From Eledone cirrhosa (taxonomy: Eukaryota), in NCBI GenBank assembly GCA_964016885.1, contig CAXHJY010000083.1, positions 281 to 64,280 of the forward strand: 64,000 bases of DNA. The letters run 5' to 3'. Positions 55,897 through 64,000 of this stretch are shown one piece after another. Numbering within the stretch: position 1 is the stretch's first letter; each line of letters opens with the position of its first letter. The position numbers and the translations under genes are program-made. The notes under the pieces were generated by a model. It worked only from the letters and a program-made list of their open reading frames with translations, made no database searches and was not told the origin of the DNA.

Positions 55897-57742
55897 TTAC
55901 CTCTCTGCGTCCCGGGAAACGGGCCGCTCAATTTCCATGCTGGTTGGGGATGGGTTGTTGGGTGGGGTTGTGGTTTGTGGAAGTGAAGGGGCATCGGTGT
56001 GTTGTGGGGTTGGGGTGTTTGTCGTTGAGTGGGTGTCTGGGTGGGGTGGGGGGGTGACATTTTTTAGGAGGACGCGGTTGATTGGTTTGGCGCAGGGGGG
56101 GCCCACGTCCTCCGTGAAATTTATTTTCAGTGTTTTGTACAAGTGCATTGGGACTTTTATCATTTTCAAATGAGGTAGTCCCACAGCAGTTATAAAGTTT
56201 GGCCCTTCAGTTTGGACCGAAGGGTTTGCTGAAATTGTTTTCCGTAATTCTTTGTTGTCTGTGTTCATGTATGTGTATTGTAAGGTCTTTTTTTGTGTAG
56301 CAGTTAGTGTTGTGTGACAGGGAGGGGTGGTTTGTGTGTAGTTTGTGTTCTCTTGGGGGGGATTAAAGTTAACATGTGTGTCTGTGGTGCGTCTCCTCTT
56401 CTTTCTTTTTACTTGTTGGAAGGGATCTTTTTCGTCTTGCGACGAGAGAGGTTCGTCTTCCTTGTTGGGTGGGAGGGGTATGTTTTCTGGTAGTGTTTGC
56501 GGTGTGCGTGTTTTTGTATTTGTTTTGGGTGGGGAGGGATTGGGTGGGACAGTATTCTGTGTTATTTTTTCACGTGTTTGTTGTTGTTGTTGTTGTGGTG
56601 GTGGTGGTGGGGTTGTTGGTTTTTGTTGTTGTTGTGGTTGTTTTTGTTGTTGTTGTGGTTGTTTTTGTTGTTGTTGGTAGCAGTGTTTTTTTCTGTGTGA
56701 GCTGGGGACAGGCAGCCCTCAGGTGACCTCTATTGCCACAGAGGTAACAGGAGGGACGCCTACCCTCCACAATAATGTTGAGGTGGGTACGGTCATCCAG
56801 CATGACGCGCTCAGGGATTTGGGCGATGCGTTCTGGCCTTATTTGGGTCAGAACTTCGAGGCTCGTTCCACTGAACGCGTCGCCGGATGCCTTCCCTATT
56901 GAGATGAGGTTGTCCTCGTCTAAATTGAGGAAACCGGTTAGTAACCACCAGTAGTTTATGTTTGGGGTGATGGTGGTTATCCATATCCTCTGGGTTTTTT
57001 TACCCATGTAGGTGGGGAAGAAGGTGTAGTGTGTGGACCGAATTGGCGACACAGAGTATTTTTTTGCCGCCAATTCGTCTTTCATCAATATGGATAAACT
57101 CCCATAGAGTTTATCCTTTTGTATGAAAGTGATGTCTCTCATCGCGTCTTTCAAGACTAACTGGATTTCCGCTTGAGATGGTTGCGCTGGTTTCTTTGTT
57201 TTATTTAAAATTGTTCGGAATACGACAGTTCGTAATTCCGTCTGTCTTTTTAGCTCCGGAGGTGAATGTATAGAAAACGAACCGTTTTCGCCAAAAGACA
57301 CATATTTCTTGGCTTTTTCCAGCATTTCTTTTGCTTTTGAAATATCTTCCAGCACATAAGCGACTGATAATTTAGCCGTTTGTGCAAAAGATATTTTGTT
57401 TTCGTTTTGGATATTAGTATTGTTTTGTTTCTCGTCGTTTGAGTTGTTTTCATCTTTGTTGTTGTTGTTGTCTTTCTCGTTTCGTGTGTGGATACTTGTG
57501 ACGTTTGTGTTGTTGTTGTTTTTGTTGTCTTTATTGTTGCTGTTGTTGTCGTTGTTGTTGTTGTTGTTTTCAAATTCTTGTGTAGTTGTGGCTACATCTA
57601 GTGGTCGGTCAACAGGTGAAGACAATTCTTCCTCTCTCTGACCTCTGCCTTTGGCATCTGCTGCTGTGACAGTGGCAGGGGGAAGCTGTGAGTATGACTT
57701 CCCCTTTCCTTCTTTGATTGATGGTGAAGATGCTTCAGCCAT
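55897..57742 (-). CDS. Tx1-type ORF1 with CCHC zinc knuckle; one frameshift in a low-complexity tract
   Basis: CYLCGNRGHLRAAC. The first frame stops at 56570; a second frame is open 56718-55897. Confidence 0.72.
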
Positions 57743-57964
57743 TTTTCTCAAAATAGGGTTTTTCGAAGTTTTTCGAAAGATAAAATGTTCACAATACTAT
57801 TTCGCCCAAAGGCGCAGAATATTTTGAGAGACCGACCAGATCAAAATTTGACCTGGCAGTCCCTCTACAAAATGATACAAAAAATGAAAGTTTACAGTTT
57901 ACAATTTCCGTATGAATTTAAACAAAAACTTACCGAGCGAGCTCAGCACATGTGTCCATCGTAA

Positions 57965-59216
<1,252 letters not shown>

Positions 59217-59217
<1 letters not shown>

Positions 59218-59461
59218 GTTTTATTATAGATGAGATTCTACAGGACTAGAACTGTTTCATTCATTAGAAATCATCAGGAATCTGGGTATCAAAAAATAAA
59301 TATGGTATTTATAGGTCTCTACAAGTGGTAGGAGAGGGTGGGGAGTTGGATGGGTGCAGGTCATTGGTTGATAGAAAAGGGAATTCATTAAAAGCTAATT
59401 CTACAAAGCTATAGTTAATTTTTATTTTTATTTTTTAGAGTAACAAAGGCAGACAGAATTC
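59217..59461 (-). repeat. Left arm of a ~250 bp inverted repeat pair (partner 60210-60469)
   Basis: Reverse complement of 60210-60469 with an indel in the A/T run. Confidence 0.88.
59233..59283 (-). ncRNA. Type I hammerhead ribozyme
   Basis: Reverse complement of 60403-60453. Confidence 0.8.
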
Positions 59462-59505
59462 TATGTGTGTGTGTGTGTATGTATGTGTATGTCTGTGTGT
59501 GTGTG

Positions 59506-59537
<32 letters not shown>

Positions 59538-59601
59538 TGTGTATATATGTATATGTATGTATATATATATATATATGTATATATATGTGTGTGCGTGTGT
59601 A

Positions 59602-59656
<55 letters not shown>

Positions 59657-59667
59657 GTGTTTGTATA

Positions 59668-59711
<44 letters not shown>

Positions 59712-60209
59712 CGTATGTATATGTGTATATGTATTTTATATATGTATGTATGTATGTGTGTGTACATGAATATATAATTTTATATATATTTATATATTTT
59801 TTATATATGTGTGTATATGTGTTTGTGTGTGTGTTTATGGTTGCGCGTAAGTGTGTGAGTGAGTATGTGTGTTTTTTTTGTTTTTTATGTGTGTTTTTTT
59901 TTGTTTTTCTGTTTTTTTGTTTTTTTGTATTTTTGTTTTTTTGTTTTTTTGTGAATGTGTCTGTTGATTTTGGCATATTGTTGATTAGTTTAAGAGAAGT
60001 TCGAAGATAATAGTAAGATATGCACTCAGTATTTTGAATCTGTCTGCAGAATTCCCTAGACCTTTGTCACTTAGTAGAACCTTAATGACTTTAGCTTTTA
60101 AAGAATCTCCCTCTTCTTTAATTCTATCCAGCTTGACTGACCCCCCACTGATTTTATAGACATCTGTTAGCTTAAGAGAAACTTATTGACAAGGAATGGT
60201 ATGCCATCC

Positions 60210-60469
60210 AGAACCTGTCTGCCTTGGTTACTCTAAAGACATAAATAAATATAAATAAAAATAAAAATTAACTATAGCTTTGTAGAATTAGCTTTTAATG
60301 AATTCCCTTTTCTATCAACCAATGACCTGCACCCATCCAACTCCCCACCCTCTCCTACCACTTGTAGAGACCTATAAATACCATATTTATTTTTTGATAC
60401 CCAGATTCCTGATGATTTCTAATGAATGAAACAGTTCTAGTCCTGTAGAATCTCATCTATATTAAAACT
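60210..60469 (+). repeat. Right arm of the inverted repeat pair
   Basis: Reverse complement of 59217-59461. Confidence 0.88.
60403..60453 (+). ncRNA. Type I hammerhead ribozyme
   Basis: AGATTC CTGATGA T TTC-taat-GAA T GAAAC AG-ttctagtc-CT GTA GAATCT. Confidence 0.8.
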
Positions 60470-60587
60470 GTTATACTCTGCTATGTATTGAGTACCTTAC
60501 TTACTGTGGTTACCTCCGATTCAACCCGGATTAACGTATATATATATATATATATACATATATATACATATATATATATATATATAC

Positions 60588-60618
<31 letters not shown>

Positions 60619-60619
60619 C

Positions 60620-60652
<33 letters not shown>

Positions 60653-60663
60653 CATATATATAC

Positions 60664-60694
<31 letters not shown>

Positions 60695-60796
60695 CATATA
60701 CATATATATACATATAATATATATATATACATATATATATATACATATATATATACATATATACATATATATATATACATATATATACATATATAC

Positions 60797-60847
<51 letters not shown>

Positions 60848-60848
60848 C

Positions 60849-60897
<49 letters not shown>

Positions 60898-60910
60898 CAT
60901 ATATATATAC

Positions 60911-60954
<44 letters not shown>

Positions 60955-61139
60955 TATAGAAGTGGATGGATACTTCAACAGGTACAATGTACTTGTAGAA
61001 ATATTCAAGTTGTTTATAATACATGTGGTTCAATGGCACTAATTCGAGATACCAGAACAATATAAAAGTAGCGAAACAAACGGTTATTAAACAATTTCTA
61101 AATAAATTAAAAAATGATTAAATAATCACCTGTTCAGAT

Positions 61140-61220
61140 GCTGTTACCGACGGTTTCATCATTCCGAAAGATTGGAAATCCAACGAATTTCCAATGGAAA
61201 GAAATGAATCTTCAGACAGC
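61140..61220 (-). ncRNA. Type I hammerhead ribozyme (array unit 1)
   Basis: GCTGT CTGAAGA [stem II] GAAAC C-GTC-G GTA ACAGC. Confidence 0.88.
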
Positions 61221-61595
61221 CCTATTTCCACGCTATAAGGTATAGCAAGTAAATATTATGCTCCCTGCCCAACGCATGCGGTCAAGCCGTTAAAGTGACA
61301 CACACGCAAATCAGGTCGCTGATAAAAGCTGGATATTATAAACATGTCGAATTGCCACTAAAATTAGCGGCATTATTCAACGTTTTGTTCTCTACGTAAG
61401 GAGAATAAATTATAGAAGTGGATGGATACTTCAACAGGTACAATGTACTTGTAGAAATATTCAAGTTGTTTATAATACATGTGGTTCAATGGCACTAATT
61501 CGAGATACCAGAACAATATAAAAGTAGCGAAACAAACGGTTATTAAACAATTTTCTAAATAAATTAAAAATGATTAAATAATCACCTGTTCAGAT

Positions 61596-61676
61596 GCTGT
61601 TACCGACGGTTTCATCATTCCGAAAGATTGGAAATCCAACGAATTTCCAATGGAAAGAAATGAATCTTCAGACAGC
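61596..61676 (-). ncRNA. Type I hammerhead ribozyme (array unit 2)
   Basis: Same motif as unit 1. Confidence 0.88.
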
Positions 61677-62052
61677 CCTATTTCCACGCTATAAGGTATA
61701 GCAAGTAAATATTATGCTCCCTGCCCAACGCATGCGGTCAAGCCGTTAAAGTGACACACACGCAAATCAGGTCGCTGATAAAAGCTGGATATTATAAACA
61801 TGTCGAATTGCCACTAAAATTAGCGGCATTATTCAACGTTTTGTTCTCTACGTAAGGAGAATAAATTATAGAAGTGGATGGATACTTCAACAGGTACAAT
61901 GTACTTGTAGAAATATTCAAGTTGTTTATAATACATGTGGTTCAATGGCACTAATTCGAGATACCAGAACAATATAAAAGTAGCGAAACAAACGGTTATT
62001 AAACAATTTTCTAAATAAATTAAAAAATGATTAAATAATCACCTGTTCAGAT

Positions 62053-62133
62053 GCTGTTACCGACGGTTTCATCATTCCGAAAGATTGGAAATCCAACGAA
62101 TTTCCAATGGAAAGAAATGAATCTTCAGACAGC
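62053..62133 (-). ncRNA. Type I hammerhead ribozyme (array unit 3)
   Basis: Same motif as unit 1. Confidence 0.88.
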
Positions 62134-62509
62134 CCTATTTCCACGCTATAAGGTATAGCAAGTAAATATTATGCTCCCTGCCCAACGCATGCGGTCAAGC
62201 CGTTAAAGTGACACACACGCAAATCAGGTCGCTGATAAAAGCTGGATATTATAAACATGTCGAATTGCCACTAAAATTAGCGGCATTATTCAACGTTTTG
62301 TTCTCTACGTAAGGAGAATAAATTATAGAAGTGGATGGATACTTCAACAGGTACAATGTACTTGTAGAAATATTCAAGTTGTTTATAATACATGTGGTTC
62401 AATGGCACTAATTCGAGATACCAGAACAATATAAAAGTAGCGAAGCAAACGGTTATTAAACAATTTTCTAAATAAATTAAAAAATGATTAAATAATCACC
62501 TGTTCAGAT

Positions 62510-62590
62510 GCTGTTACCGACGGTTTCATCATTCCGAAAGATTGGAAATCCAACGAATTTCCAATGGAAAGAAATGAATCTTCAGACAGC
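62510..62590 (-). ncRNA. Type I hammerhead ribozyme (array unit 4)
   Basis: Same motif as unit 1. Confidence 0.88.
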
Positions 62591-63030
62591 CCTATTTCCA
62601 CGCTATAAGGTATAGCAAGTAAATATTATGCTCCCTGCCCAACGCATGCGGTCAAGCCGTTAAAGTGACACACACGCAAATCAGGTCGCTGATAAAAGCT
62701 GGATATTATAAACATGTCGAATTGCCACTAAAATTAGCGGCATTATTCAACGTTTTGTTCTCTACGTAAGGAGAATAAATTATAGAAGTGGATGGATACT
62801 TCAACAGGTACAATGTACTTGTAGAAATATTCAAGTTGTTTATAATACATGTGGTTCAATGGCACTAATTCGAGATACCAGAACAATATAAAGTGGCAAT
62901 TCGACATGTTTATAATATCCAGCTTTTATCAGCGACCTGATTTGCGTGTGTGTCACTTTAACGGCTTGACCGCATGCGTTGGGCAGGGAGCATAATATTT
63001 ACTTGCTATACCTTATAGCGTGGAAATAGG

Positions 63031-63111
63031 GCTGTCTGAAGATTCATTTCTTTCCATTGGAAATTCGTTGGATTTCCAATCTTTCGGAATGATGAAACCG
63101 TCGGTAACAGC
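63031..63111 (+). ncRNA. Type I hammerhead ribozyme (inverted unit 1)
   Basis: GCTGT CTGAAGA T TCATT..ATTGGAAAT-tcgttgg-ATTTCCAAT..AATGA T GAAACC GTC GGTA ACAGC. Predicted cut after 63106. Confidence 0.88.
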
Positions 63112-63486
63112 ATCTGAACAGGTGATTATTTAATCATTTTTAATTTATTTAGAAAATTGTTTAATAACCGTTTGTTTCGCTACTTTTATATTGTTCTGGT
63201 ATCTCGAATTAGTGCCATTGAACCACATGTATTATAAACAACTTGAATATTTCTACAAGTACATTGTACCTGTTGAAGTATCCATCCACTTCTATAATTT
63301 ATTCTCCTTACGTAGAGAACAAAACGTTGAATAATGCCGCTAATTTTAGTGGCAATTCGACATGTTTATAATATCCAGCTTTTATCAGCGACCTGATTTG
63401 CGTGTGTGTCACTTTAACGGCTTGACCGCATGCGTTGGGCAGGGAGCATAATATTTACTTGCTATACCTTATAGCGTGGAAATAGG

Positions 63487-63567
63487 GCTGTCTGAAGATT
63501 CATTTCTTTCCATTGGAAATTCGTTGGATTTCCAATCTTTCGGAATGATGAAACCGTCGGTAACAGC
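63487..63567 (+). ncRNA. Type I hammerhead ribozyme (inverted unit 2)
   Basis: Same motif; predicted cut after 63562. A third copy starts at 63944 and is cut off by the window end. Confidence 0.88.
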
Positions 63568-64000
63568 ATCTGAACAGGTGATTATTTAATCATTTTTTAA
63601 TTTATTTAGAAAATTGTTTAATAACCGTTTGTTTCGCTACTTTTATATTGTTCTGGTATCTCGAATTAGTGCCATTGAACCACATGTATTATAAACAACT
63701 TGAATATTTCTACAAGTACATTGTACCTGTTGAAGTATCCATCCACTTCTATAATTTATTCTCCTTACGTAGAGAACAAAACGTTGAATAATGCCGCTAA
63801 TTTTAGTGGCAATTCGACATGTTTATAATATCCAGCTTTTATCAGCGACCTGATTTGCGTGTGTGTCACTTTAACGGCTTGACCGCATGCGTTGGGCAGG
63901 GAGCATAATATTTACTTGCTATACCTTATAGCGTGGAAATAGGGCTGTCTGAAGATTCATTTCTTTCCATTGGAAATTCGTTGGATTTCCAATCTTTCGG

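Larger units (their letters stand above)
52170..57964 (-). mobile_element. Tx1/L1-clade LINE, apparently full length, flanked by (TA)n
   Basis: ORF1 with CCHC knuckle, intact ORF2, and a 3' end AATAAAAGAAACTT running into (TA)n. Confidence 0.9.
60955..64000. repeat. 456-457 bp tandem array, one hammerhead per unit (retrozyme-like), inverted at ~62892
   Basis: The AGTGGATGG marker recurs at 60961, 61417, 61873, 62330 and 62787. Reverse-complement units start at 62892, 63348 and 63805. Confidence 0.95.

Noticed and set aside
60955-64000. CRISPR array, or an endless ORF on a 456-nt (3n) circle
   Set aside because: Units are wholly identical with no unique spacers. All three ribozyme-sense frames hit stops within ~105 nt of 62892, and some units are 457 bp.

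Overview
Eukaryotic, gene-free, repeat-saturated window. The SINE motifs and huge (TA)n tracts suggest an octopus/cephalopod-like mollusc, which is an inference. Roughly 40% is (TA)n/(TACA)n microsatellite, which produces the spurious YIYI ORFs. Inserted into these tracts is a diverse set of non-LTR retroelements: four copies of an RTE-type LINE whose RT carries an inserted PHD finger; a CR1-type LINE with intact ORFs; an intact Penelope-like element with pseudo-LTRs; two internally deleted RTE derivatives; an intact R4/Dong element nested in the (TAA)n of a C2H2-finger RTE; a Tx1/L1 element; and SINE fragments. The main hidden signal is non-coding. Most short unique islands between the TA tracts contain type I hammerhead ribozyme motifs, in about seven unrelated families. 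These include a 456-457 bp tandem array at 60955-64000 with one canonical hammerhead per unit (retrozyme-like) that flips orientation at about 62892. All folds were read by eye; none was computed or tested.
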